A stretch of DNA of 32,000 nucleotides from Promethearchaeum syntrophicum (GCF_008000775.2 NZ_CP042905.2:180001-212000); one strand, 5' to 3'; positions 17,052-26,462 are shown, numbered from the stretch's first letter. A program made the numbers and translations. Notes: generated from the letters alone by a model not told the origin.

Positions 17052-19511
17052 TTAAGTAAAATAAGCAGAAATTGGTTTTTGAACCTTTGGTTTAAATCGA
17101 GTTTGTGTTCCAGATAGAGTTTCAAGATTTCTTCTAATACTTTCAGGAATTTTATAAGGCAAAAGATTGATTAATGCGCGGACAAGGAGTTCCTTATATT
17201 TTGAGATATCATAGGAGGCATTTTTCATATGATAAATATCAATAGGTAAAACTCGATCTTGAGGATTACGAGCTTTATCTTTAACAATAACAAAGGACAC
17301 TTTTTGTCCCGGGCCTATAGAAACCCCGTGCTTTTCTAAATATCTAGCCGCTATCGCTTGATAGTTTTGCACTTTATATTCATTAAATCGGCGAGTGACA
17401 CGAATAGTTATCGCGAGTTTTTCCGGATTTACACCCCGTGATTCCAAATCACGATAATATTTGAGAAGAACTGGGACAATTTTTGATGATAATAGCCATT
17501 TAGAATTGTCAACAATAGGTGAAGAACTAATCGCTTCAATCATTTCTTGCTGAAATTCTTTGATAAAAGGAGGAGAATCATGTCGTCTTAATTCTATTCC
17601 TCGAACTTTTATCGCCCCGTTTTGTTTTACTCCCCAATATCTGTTCAATGCTCCAACATTAGGATCCGCTTTCGTGGGTAAAAAAGAAATGAATTTAAAA
17701 TAATCATTTTCTGGGTTGTATCTTATCGGAATTAAAGATTTTTGAGTAATTTTTTCTACAACTTCTAAGCATTTTTTTTGAAAGGTTTCATCATCCATTG
17801 AATCTGGAGCTCTTACATAAAGAGAATCTACAATACCATGAATCATAATAAGTCCATGATTCTCACAGATTTTCATCGCTTCAAGCAATAATTCACGAGA
17901 ATACGCGCAAACTGTTTGATGTGCCTCTATACGTCCAAAACGTGCATTTCGAAACCCTAAATATCCAAAACATACAACCAAGATCCATTTTAGTGCTTCT
18001 TCCATTTTTTCATATTTCTTTGATTCATGCTCGTTTTTATTTTTGGATAGGTTTTTATAACTAATTCTCTTAGTTAGCGGAACCCGTAATGATAAAGGCA
18101 CAATCCCCTTTCGCTTAGAACATAAATGGTAATCCAAACCTGGTACTTTATTTTCTGAAGATTCGCAACATTTGCAATTTACTATCTCAGGTGAGACATT
18201 GTACTGAACCATTAACGCAGGATACATTGATGTGAAGTCAATTTCTGCAACTCGTCTAAAAAGCCCAATTTTTGGATTTAGTATGTGCCCACCACGATCA
18301 GTTGAAAGGAGAACTGTGCTTTCTCGAAAATCTTCTGAATTTTTTTTGATATCGGGAATTAAAATTCCTAAAGCATAAGCATGGTAGAATTGAAGTGACT
18401 GTAAAGCACCCCCAATTGTCACTCGTGTCAAACGTTGTAATGGTGAATAAGTTACTCTGGCTACTTCTATTAATCCAAAGAGGTTTCCGTCATCAAAGTG
18501 CAAACCACCATAAATTGCAGAATCAATATGCATCCTTCCATTTAGATAAAACTGTGAATTCGATTTATGATGTACTATCCCATAAGACATAAAAGAATTT
18601 GAACCGTTCTTTAAAAATCGCGTAGATTTCAGCGAAGCTCCATCCCGAGAAAGAGAAAAATGATTTTCAAGGCGTAAATATGAAGCACGAAAGAGAAGAT
18701 AGGGAAAAAGTTCTTCATCACCGTGAGAAGTAAATATAACATCAGGATCGATTTTTTTAATTGCTACCTGTAAAGTAAAGAGCATTTGTCTTTCATTTTT
18801 TCCTTCAATAATAATTTGTGGCCTACCATGCTTATCTGTAACGATTTCCGAAGGTGAAAATAATGAGTTCAGAGATATATTTACACTACACGGATCTACT
18901 GTTAACTTACAATTTTTCAATCGATCGGTTCCTTTTTTTCTCAAACCAAGCTGTTCAACTTCAATTTCTAGCCAAATAACTCTTAAAGGAGGGAATTGAT
19001 ATAGAATAGATTCATTAGAATCATTAAGGATGATAGAATGAACAATTAGATCTGTTTGTTTCTTTTTAAGTTGAAAAGAGCAAAACGCAAATGGGAATAA
19101 TCCAGTTTCATAGAAGAACATCTGAGTTAGGGGTATATCTATGTTATAGAAATTAAACTGCTCGAGCTCTTTTATTTGACGAACTGTTTTTTTGAATTTG
19201 AATGGAGAATCTACTTGAATTCGAATTACTTGAGAAAATTGAGAATCTTCTGCTTTGATACGTCGTTTACATATTACTGCAGATTTAATTTGGGGGTGAG
19301 CTTGCATCGCGTTGATGAATTTTTGATAATCTACATTGTTACTGGTTTTCTTATCATTGAATACTTGTTTTTTTGGAACGATATAAAAAGAAGGTTGAAA
19401 TTCATATATAGCACGAACAACTACTCCATTTTTTTTCTTTAACCAGAGTAGTATCCCCTTTTCATGAACCATTAGATCAATGATCCATGCGTCAAATAGA
19501 ATATCTTGCAT
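17052..19511 (-). CDS. Family B DNA polymerase homolog, PolB2-like, degenerate exonuclease and partially degenerate polymerase motifs
   Basis: Motif A EIDFTSMYPALM; motif B KWILVVCFGYLGF (canonical KxxxNSxYGYxG); motif C HGIVDSLYV (canonical YGDTDS); KVRGIELRRHD; VTRRFNEYK thumb region. Track start at 19523 is GTG; ATG at 19511 preferred. Confidence 0.9.
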   Translation of the reverse strand: MQDILFDAWIIDLMVHEKGILLWLKKKNGVVVRAIYEFQPSFYIVPKKQVFNDKKTSNNVDYQKFINAMQAHPQIKSAVICKRRIKAEDSQFSQVIRIQVDSPFKFKKTVRQIKELEQFNFYNIDIPLTQMFFYETGLFPFAFCSFQLKKKQTDLIVHSIILNDSNESILYQFPPLRVIWLEIEVEQLGLRKKGTDRLKNCKLTVDPCSVNISLNSLFSPSEIVTDKHGRPQIIIEGKNERQMLFTLQVAIKKIDPDVIFTSHGDEELFPYLLFRASYLRLENHFSLSRDGASLKSTRFLKNGSNSFMSYGIVHHKSNSQFYLNGRMHIDSAIYGGLHFDDGNLFGLIEVARVTYSPLQRLTRVTIGGALQSLQFYHAYALGILIPDIKKNSEDFRESTVLLSTDRGGHILNPKIGLFRRVAEIDFTSMYPALMVQYNVSPEIVNCKCCESSENKVPGLDYHLCSKRKGIVPLSLRVPLTKRISYKNLSKNKNEHESKKYEKMEEALKWILVVCFGYLGFRNARFGRIEAHQTVCAYSRELLLEAMKICENHGLIMIHGIVDSLYVRAPDSMDDETFQKKCLEVVEKITQKSLIPIRYNPENDYFKFISFLPTKADPNVGALNRYWGVKQNGAIKVRGIELRRHDSPPFIKEFQQEMIEAISSSPIVDNSKWLLSSKIVPVLLKYYRDLESRGVNPEKLAITIRVTRRFNEYKVQNYQAIAARYLEKHGVSIGPGQKVSFVIVKDKARNPQDRVLPIDIYHMKNASYDISKYKELLVRALINLLPYKIPESIRRNLETLSGTQTRFKPKVQKPISAYFT
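17055..17078 (-). other. Predicted C-terminal PCNA-interacting (PIP-box-like) peptide QKPISAYF of the PolB homolog
   Basis: Q-x-x-I-x-x-Y-F at the extreme C-terminus (…VQKPISAYFT*). Confidence 0.55.
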
Positions 19512-19512
19512 A

Positions 19513-20364
19513 CTATTTATCACTTTTGTTAAATTTTACTAAATATTTATCAAGAGTTAGATTATGGATATTCTTTGAAAATGCTATTTTTTTTTGCGGG
19601 CTCTGTCGAGATAATGGAGAACTCCAAAATCTTTCCTTTCGATTAGGTAAAAAAGGATGCTGATCCAGTGAATAATCAATATATCTAAGATTTTCATGAA
19701 TTCCTGCAATGATTCCAGAGAAGTGAGACAATATGTGCCCACCTGCAAGACGATTTTCTGATTTTGAATGAAGTGGCCCAGTTAAAATGATAATGGGATT
19801 GAAACGTTCTATAATCTTATTCAAACCAAGAAACATCATCTTTAAATCTTGAAAAGCTTTGGAATTAAGAGAATTTTGCGATACGTAGTTATCGCTTCTC
19901 CCTTTTCTTAACGAACTATCTGACTGAGACGTTTTTTCAAACATTGATGTTATTCCATCAACTAAAACAAGGTTTAATTTATTTTCATTTATGGTTGAAA
20001 GCTTTTCGTAAAGCACTTCCACCATTTGATCCCATGTGAAAATTCTGGAAACGATTATATGTTTAAGTACAGATGACGGATTAAGATGAGTGGAAACGGC
20101 AAGCTTCGAAATCAGATACGGATCAAAACGATTTTCTCCATCAATATATGCGATTAAATGAGAAGATTGCTCTTCATCGTTTTTTTTTAAGGAATTTACG
20201 GCAGTTTTCATCAGTATTGAAGTTAACATTTTTTTAGGACCATAAAGGAAATAAACGGGTCCAGGAACAAAACCTCCTCTAAGAAGGGCATCCAACATTG
20301 GATCTCCGCTACTTAACGGGGAAAATTGCTTGATATCTTCATAATACTCGGATGCTGTGATCAT
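19513..20364 (-). CDS. RecA/RadB-like fold ATPase homolog with degenerate Walker A
   Basis: PLSSGDPMLDALLRGGFVPGPVYFLYGPKKMLTSILM aligns to RadA/RadB 'TG...LD.LLGGG...G.itEiyGppGSGKT'; GK[ST] absent; Walker-B-like LNLVLVDGI; stop codon is 1 nt from polymerase ATG. Confidence 0.8.
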   Translation of the reverse strand: MITASEYYEDIKQFSPLSSGDPMLDALLRGGFVPGPVYFLYGPKKMLTSILMKTAVNSLKKNDEEQSSHLIAYIDGENRFDPYLISKLAVSTHLNPSSVLKHIIVSRIFTWDQMVEVLYEKLSTINENKLNLVLVDGITSMFEKTSQSDSSLRKGRSDNYVSQNSLNSKAFQDLKMMFLGLNKIIERFNPIIILTGPLHSKSENRLAGGHILSHFSGIIAGIHENLRYIDYSLDQHPFLPNRKERFWSSPLSRQSPQKKIAFSKNIHNLTLDKYLVKFNKSDK

Positions 20365-20611
20365 TTTGATCGCTCATTAGAATTAATTGTCCTAAGAATA
20401 AAGGAAGACGAGGGCGACAAATTTCTTAATTTTCTAGATTATGTCCAATATTTAACAAAATTAGGTTAAATTTTGAGAACTTTGAAATTTTAATTGGAAT
20501 TCTTTTAATCATAATGGAAATCAATAGTAAGAGAGAGGTCATTGAAAATAAAAACTTGTTAATTTATTATATATTTGATCAAGTGCAAAAAACGGTACGA
20601 AAGTAATTCAT

Positions 20612-21124
20612 ATGAAGGAAAATATAACAATAATTGGATTCATGGGAACAGGAAAAACAACTATTGGAAAACAATTAGCTAAGAGATTGATGAAAAATTT
20701 TATTGATTTAGATGAACTAATTGAAAACCAAACAGGAAAGCCAATTTCAATGATTTTTAAAGATGGAGAGAATGAATTTAGACAATTGGAAAGAGAAAAA
20801 ATAAAATCAATTGAAAAAAAAAAGAATTGTGTAATCTCTTGTGGAGGGGGAATTATATTAAATAAAGAAAATATGGAAATACTTCAGGAAATTTCAGAGG
20901 TAATTTTATTAGAAGCTTCAAAAGAAACAATATTCAAACACATCATATCAGATGGGAAAGAAAAAAGACCACTTCTAAATAAAGAAGATCCTTTAAATGA
21001 AATTGAAAAAATTTTGCGATTTAGGAAGCCTTTATACGATGAATTCGCTTCTTTTCGAATTATAATCGATAATAAAAGTATCAATGAAATTATTAATGAA
21101 ATAATCAAACTCTTAGGAAATTAA
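20612..21124 (+). CDS. aroK: Shikimate kinase, bacterial (AroK) type
   Basis: ITIIGFMGTGKTTIGKQLAKRL, NFIDLDELIE, FRQLEREKI, VISCGGGIIL, KRPLL. Confidence 0.88.
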   Translation: MKENITIIGFMGTGKTTIGKQLAKRLMKNFIDLDELIENQTGKPISMIFKDGENEFRQLEREKIKSIEKKKNCVISCGGGIILNKENMEILQEISEVILLEASKETIFKHIISDGKEKRPLLNKEDPLNEIEKILRFRKPLYDEFASFRIIIDNKSINEIINEIIKLLGN

Positions 21125-21130
21125 GTAAAT

Positions 21131-22132
21131 ATGATTGATGAAGAAAATAATAGTTATACAGATAACCAAAATGAGAATAGAGCTCTTGATGGGGAAATTG
21201 ATAAAGTTTTCAAAGAATTAAAAAAAGAAATTATAGATAAAAGAGAACCTTCAAAATTGAATGTAAAAAAGGAAGGATATTATTGTAAGTTATGTGGAGA
21301 ATTTACTACTTTTAGAAAGGAACCTATTATAAAACTGAGATCTTGTTCTCATTGTCATATCCCAATTGATCGACATTGTCGATCCTGTGGATACTGCTTA
21401 AATTGTTTTTTAAATTTAACGGACGACGCGCAAAAGACTTTAAAATTGCTAAAATTTCTATTTTGGTTTATTCCAATTTTTTCTAGTCCCTTTTTATATT
21501 TCCAAGGTTATCTAAGATTCATATTAACGGAATTATTTATTATTATACTTTTTGCAGGTTTATATTTCTATGCAAAATGGTATATTAGTAGCCATACAAA
21601 TCGATATTTCAATAATAATTGGGAAGACATAATCAAAAATGAGCAATACAAGGTTTATTTAGACCCAGATAGTCGAATAAGATATTTGAATGCCATCATT
21701 ATTGAAGATGGACATAAAAATATAGAAAAACGTAAAGAAAAATTAAAAAGATGGATTGAACCTGAAAAAGAACTTTCAAAAGTTCCCGTTCCTGCATACA
21801 TTGAGAAAAAAATCCTAAAAATTAATGAAAAAGAAGATTTTAATTCATTTAATAAAAAAGAAATAATGCACATAAAACAAAATACTAAGATAAATGAAGA
21901 AGAGCCTATGTATAAACTAAAAAAATGCCCAAAATGTTCTGAAGAAATAAAATTTGCTAATTTTTGTCCTTCTTGTAATAGGAAATTCTGTCCTGAATGC
22001 GGAATTGAAAACACGATTTATAACCGATTGTGTCTTTGTGGATTTGTATTTCCTGAATTGAAAGATGAATTTTTTAAATGGGCAGGGACAGATGAAGTAG
22101 AATTCTTAAATAAAGATAACAAAGAAGCGTAA
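21131..22132 (+). CDS. Membrane protein with N- and C-terminal zinc ribbons
   Basis: CKLCGEF..CSHCHIP..CRSCGYCLNC; two TM helices; C-terminal CPKCSEEIKFANFCPSCNRKFCPECG...CLCGFVF. Confidence 0.8.
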   Translation: MIDEENNSYTDNQNENRALDGEIDKVFKELKKEIIDKREPSKLNVKKEGYYCKLCGEFTTFRKEPIIKLRSCSHCHIPIDRHCRSCGYCLNCFLNLTDDAQKTLKLLKFLFWFIPIFSSPFLYFQGYLRFILTELFIIILFAGLYFYAKWYISSHTNRYFNNNWEDIIKNEQYKVYLDPDSRIRYLNAIIIEDGHKNIEKRKEKLKRWIEPEKELSKVPVPAYIEKKILKINEKEDFNSFNKKEIMHIKQNTKINEEEPMYKLKKCPKCSEEIKFANFCPSCNRKFCPECGIENTIYNRLCLCGFVFPELKDEFFKWAGTDEVEFLNKDNKEA

Positions 22133-22201
22133 TATCAAAGATTTTTTTTTGTATAGGATAAGTTTCCTAAGATTTATAATGTTTTATTCATATCTCAAAT
22201 T

Positions 22202-22960
22202 ATGAAAAAATCAGAATTACTAATAATTTCGTTTGGATTTTTACTTTTATTTACAAATTTACCATACGTTCATACAGAGTCAGGTAATTTACCTAATGAT
22301 TACAACCAAGCATTGAATTTAGAACAACCTCTAAAATATAAGTTTAAAAAGGTTAATGAAACGACTAATTATGTGGAATTCGGATGGGGAGGACCTCACT
22401 GTGCACTTGAAAAAGGAGGATCTATGGAATTACTCTTCAATGGACTATATAATGAAAGTACTTATCGGGGAGATTTTGTTAACGAACCTTTTTTCAATGT
22501 CACATTCATACATGCAGATGGTTCAATTAATTGCACCCTGACGAATAAATCAAATAACGCCATAGCAGAGACTTTAATATTAAGTATATATCCTTGGTAT
22601 CCTGGTATTTTAACCACGGTAAATTGGACTTATCATGATGAAACAGCAGAATCCAGTGCTTCCAGTGAATTGATGGAAGGAACACTAAATATTAGCTCTA
22701 CTAATGGTTTTCGAACATATAATTACGTTCAAAATAGTGGAGCCCAAAAAACAATACTGGTTTATAATGAAACATCCGGATTTTTAGATAATTGGAACAC
22801 ATCATTTGGAAACTATTATTTAGAAGCAACACTTCAAAGAGAAGGCATTCAAAGTTATCCTTTAGTAATATTTTTTGGATTTTGTACATTGGTGGTATCT
22901 TTTGTTATCAGAAAAATTAGAAAATTCAAGAAAAATAATAATTTTAATACTAAATTTTAG
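22202..22960 (+). CDS. Secreted protein with C-terminal TM anchor, unknown
   Basis: Signal peptide LLIISFGFLLLFTNLPYVHT, many N-glycosylation-like NxS/T, C-terminal PLVIFFGFCTLVVSFVIRKIRKFKK. Confidence 0.7.
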   Translation: MKKSELLIISFGFLLLFTNLPYVHTESGNLPNDYNQALNLEQPLKYKFKKVNETTNYVEFGWGGPHCALEKGGSMELLFNGLYNESTYRGDFVNEPFFNVTFIHADGSINCTLTNKSNNAIAETLILSIYPWYPGILTTVNWTYHDETAESSASSELMEGTLNISSTNGFRTYNYVQNSGAQKTILVYNETSGFLDNWNTSFGNYYLEATLQREGIQSYPLVIFFGFCTLVVSFVIRKIRKFKKNNNFNTKF

Positions 22961-22975
22961 GGAAATGATCTAAGA

Positions 22976-23494
22976 ATGACAAAAATTAACAAAAAGATAA
23001 TGATCATTTTTTCTATAATCCTAATCGGAAGTTTTCTTCTTATTACATCACTTTTATACGTTTTTAATCCCACAATTATACCAAAAACGGAATTTGATAA
23101 CAATGATGCATATTATGATTCAGATAGTCAATATTCATGGCTCAACGACTCAAGAAGATTAAACCAAACTGAAATTATTAATAATATTACGCTAATTATT
23201 GATTTTAAGAACGATACCATTGAAACTACAGTTAATATATCTCAAGATAATTCTTTCACATCAGTTTTCGATCTAACTGCTTTTCATTATCAAATTGTAT
23301 ATGAAATGTTTAATTTTGGATCTTCACCATCCTTTTTAATTACTTCAATCAAAAATTTAGGAAATAATGAACATACAGCAAATTATTGGCAATATTGGGT
23401 AAATGAAGAATATTCAATGGTAGCATGCAATGAATATCAATTGAAAAATAATGATATTGTCATCTGGATTTATGGAGATAATATAGCAACGTAA
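22976..23494 (+). CDS. Secreted DUF4430-like (transcobalamin C-terminal-like) domain protein
   Basis: N-terminal TM; YWQYWVNEEYSMVACNEYQLKNNDIVIWIYGD resembles the DUF4430 'W.y.vNg......y.lkdgD.V.w.y' signature. Confidence 0.6.
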   Translation: MTKINKKIMIIFSIILIGSFLLITSLLYVFNPTIIPKTEFDNNDAYYDSDSQYSWLNDSRRLNQTEIINNITLIIDFKNDTIETTVNISQDNSFTSVFDLTAFHYQIVYEMFNFGSSPSFLITSIKNLGNNEHTANYWQYWVNEEYSMVACNEYQLKNNDIVIWIYGDNIAT

Positions 23495-23529
23495 ATTTAT
23501 AACATTCAAAAAATATATTGTTATAAGGA

Positions 23530-23946
23530 ATGTCTGAATTAAAATTAGATCGAGGATTGCAGATAGATTTACATAGAATGCTTGAAGTTTTAGAAAGTTC
23601 CACAGATTTAGAAGGAACGGCATTAGTAACCAAAACGGGTTTAAGAATTGCAAGTTCAACTCACGCTTCAACTGATGTCGACCAACACTCTGCATCTCCA
23701 GCAACTCTTGCTTCTCTAGCTAATAAAGTATCTCAAGGTTTAGAATATGGAAATTTAAAACAAATTGTAATTACAGGAGAGGATGGTTATACTATTATTA
23801 CTACTAATGAAGAGAGTGAATTTATGTTATTATCTCATAGTAAAAAGGCAACAAAATTAGGATATTACTTTCATCGTCTATCCAAAGCTTTTGGAAAATT
23901 AACTGCATTACTGACTGACATTGAAATTGGTGAAGCTACTTACTAA
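23530..23946 (+). CDS. Roadblock/LC7 domain protein
   Basis: LHRMLEVLESSTDLEGTALVTKTGLRIASSTHA ... LANKVSQGLEYGNLKQIVITGEDGYTIITTN ... LGYYFHRLSKAFGKL. Confidence 0.85.
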   Translation: MSELKLDRGLQIDLHRMLEVLESSTDLEGTALVTKTGLRIASSTHASTDVDQHSASPATLASLANKVSQGLEYGNLKQIVITGEDGYTIITTNEESEFMLLSHSKKATKLGYYFHRLSKAFGKLTALLTDIEIGEATY

Positions 23947-25412
23947 TTACTATACGATTTAGTATTATCAACTTGAAATTTTTTAAATACCTTCAAAGAT
24001 ACAGTAGTTTCTTTTGTTATAGGCATTTTTTCTTTAAAATTTTCTCTAATAAGAACCTCTACATTACCTTTTTTACCGAAAGTAGACTTTATCTTTCCGA
24101 ATGGCTTTTCTGCTATTAAATTTATGATAGAATGAGCACCTTCAATAGATGAGGCTAAATTTTCAACAATTACACTGGATACTCGATATTGTGCATCTTT
24201 TACTTTTCCTTTTTTTATTTTTTCTTTAAACATATATATTGGATCTTTCAAAATTCGGACAATTATACTGGATCCCATTATTCTTAGTGATTTAGGTGAA
24301 AGATCTAATCTACTTAATAACAGAAATTCACCCTTTTTGACATATTCTACTTTATCGTTGTATAATATTGCATTAAATACTTTTAAATTAGAATTCGGTG
24401 ATAAAGGAACATAAATTTCATTATTTTTCCACAATTCTTTTCTATAAGGATAAATTCGTCCATTTAATGCCATCATTCCATGATTTATATTTATATGTTG
24501 CCCAAATTTAATTGAATGATTGTATAATGGAAGTATTTTTACTGCTATATCATAAATTTGGCTTTGAGTAAATTCAGATTCATTATCTGTTGCAAAAGAT
24601 CCTCGTGAAATCTGTTCTGGGCTAATATTTGATAAAGAAATTCCACAACGATCACCCGCTTCTATAAAATCATGTTCTTTTTTCCATTTTTGGATTGAAC
24701 GTATCTTTCCAGTCAATTTCTCTGGAAGTATAGAGAGATTTTCTCCGATTTTTGCTTTCCCACTAACCACAGTACCAGTTAAAATAGTTCCCTGACCTTT
24801 CTTTTTAAAGTGATGATCTATTAAAAATTTAAAGGTTCCATGATTCTGGCGCTGAATTTTTAAAGTTTTTATTGTTTCTAATAATTTTTCTTTTAATTTC
24901 GAAAATCCGATATTTTTAATAGCAGATACTTCGAAAATTTGGCAGCTCTTTTCAAATCGCGTTCCTAAAATAATTTTACCAATATCTCTCCGGACTTCTA
25001 GAATTCGCTTTTTATCAACTAAATCTGTTTTATTTATTAGAATAAATAATTGAGATAGATTTAGCAGATCCAATATAAGAAAATGTTCCCCCGTCTGTAC
25101 TTGAAACCCTTGAAGTGCATCAATAACTAAAAATCCAATATCGATTATATTTGCACAGCTTACCACACTCCGAATCAAATCCGCATGCCCTGGAGCATCT
25201 ACTAAAGTAATCATATAATTTTCTAAAGAAAAAAAAGTAAATCCCATATCAATGGTGATTCCTCTTTTTTGTGCTTGAGAATGTTTATCTAATCCTGCAG
25301 TTGATGCAATCTCTGTTAAGCATTTGGCAATGGCAGTCTTTCCAGCATCAATATGACCTAAAAGCCCTACATGAATAGGTATTAGATTTTTATTATTACT
25401 CATTCTATTCAT
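23943..25412 (-). CDS. selB: Selenocysteine-specific elongation factor, archaeal/eukaryotic EFsec type
   Basis: GHIDAGKTAIAKCLTEIASTAGLDKHSQAQKRGITIDMGF, LVDAPGHADLI, NKTDLVD; EFsec-like C-terminus INLIAEKPFGKIKSTFGKKGNVEVLI. Confidence 0.88.
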   Translation of the reverse strand: MNRMSNNKNLIPIHVGLLGHIDAGKTAIAKCLTEIASTAGLDKHSQAQKRGITIDMGFTFFSLENYMITLVDAPGHADLIRSVVSCANIIDIGFLVIDALQGFQVQTGEHFLILDLLNLSQLFILINKTDLVDKKRILEVRRDIGKIILGTRFEKSCQIFEVSAIKNIGFSKLKEKLLETIKTLKIQRQNHGTFKFLIDHHFKKKGQGTILTGTVVSGKAKIGENLSILPEKLTGKIRSIQKWKKEHDFIEAGDRCGISLSNISPEQISRGSFATDNESEFTQSQIYDIAVKILPLYNHSIKFGQHININHGMMALNGRIYPYRKELWKNNEIYVPLSPNSNLKVFNAILYNDKVEYVKKGEFLLLSRLDLSPKSLRIMGSSIIVRILKDPIYMFKEKIKKGKVKDAQYRVSSVIVENLASSIEGAHSIINLIAEKPFGKIKSTFGKKGNVEVLIRENFKEKMPITKETTVSLKVFKKFQVDNTKSYSN

Positions 25413-25493
25413 TTATGAAAATTCTGGCTCCCTTAAATTATTTTAAATAATAAAACTATATCAACTTAAGAAAAAAATTTATGTTGATAAAAA

Positions 25494-26462
25494 ATGGTAC
25501 CAACTTACAAAGAAATTTCTTGCCCGTTCTGTGGGAGAGTTGTTAGGGATTCGGATAAATATTGCATTTTCTGTGGATCTAAAATTCAAAAAGCTAAAAA
25601 GAAAAAAGAAAAAACGAAAGAACAAGAAATAATAGAACAAGAAGTGGATAAAGATTTAGGATTTTTAAAAGGTGTTTCAAAGAATAAAGATGATAAAGAA
25701 AAAACAGATACTCCCTTTATGATAGAAGAAGATTCTCAGGAAGATTTGGAAGATACTGTCTTATCTCTGGAAGAAATTAAGAAAGAAAAGAAAAGCAAAA
25801 AAGATTCCAAGAAGAAAAAAAATATAAAAATTGAATTACCTCAAGAAATTAAAGATCAGCTCGAATGTAAAATGAAACTTGCAATAATTGAAGATAAAAA
25901 GAAAAAATTGAAGGAAAAACTTAAAGCTTTAAAAGAAGATCTAAATGAAGAAAAATATGAATATGATATGGATTATGCTAAACAAATAAACGTAAAATTA
26001 AATGCATTTAAAGTAATTAAAGAAGAATTTAATGAAAAAGAAGAAAATTTGAGAACCGAACTTGGACCTAAAGGTATGTTTAGGGTAGATGAATTGGAAG
26101 ATGAACTAGAAGTCCAACGTGAGCAATTAATTGAATTGAAAAGAGCCTTTAAGTTACATAAGGTAAAAAAAGATATCTATGAGCAATTAAGATTAGAATA
26201 TTCGACTGGGTTTAGAGAGGCAGAAAAAGAACTCCATGATTTACGCTCCAATATTATTCGGTGGTTATCTTCAGAAAAAGCAGATAAAAATAGATTAGAA
26301 AATCGCATCCGACTTTTACAAGGACGATATAAAACTAAAGAAGTTGATGAAGAAGAGTTCAAAAGACAAAAAAAGGAAATTTCGCTTGAGCTTGAACGAG
26401 TTGCTCAACGAGTTAAAATTTTAGAAATATATTCAAGAGCAAAGAAAAAAAAATTTTTTTAA
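25494..26462 (+). CDS. Zinc-ribbon plus long coiled-coil protein
   Basis: ISCPFCGRVVRDSDKYCIFCGSKIQ followed by >200 aa charged heptad-rich sequence. Confidence 0.8.
   Translation: MVPTYKEISCPFCGRVVRDSDKYCIFCGSKIQKAKKKKEKTKEQEIIEQEVDKDLGFLKGVSKNKDDKEKTDTPFMIEEDSQEDLEDTVLSLEEIKKEKKSKKDSKKKKNIKIELPQEIKDQLECKMKLAIIEDKKKKLKEKLKALKEDLNEEKYEYDMDYAKQINVKLNAFKVIKEEFNEKEENLRTELGPKGMFRVDELEDELEVQREQLIELKRAFKLHKVKKDIYEQLRLEYSTGFREAEKELHDLRSNIIRWLSSEKADKNRLENRIRLLQGRYKTKEVDEEEFKRQKKEISLELERVAQRVKILEIYSRAKKKKFF

Noticed and set aside
18395-19442. Opposite-strand ORFs 18395-18592 and 19176-19442
   Set aside because: Embedded in the PolB homolog; composition consistent with shadow ORFs.
20884-22889. ORFs 20884-21108, 21655-22014, 22356-22541, 22701-22889
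   Set aside because: Overlap stronger genes (AroK, zinc-ribbon membrane protein, secreted protein) and look like shadow translations.
23414-23704. Minus ORF 23414-23704
   Set aside because: Antisense to the Roadblock gene and the end of the DUF4430-like gene; hydrophobic low-complexity translation.
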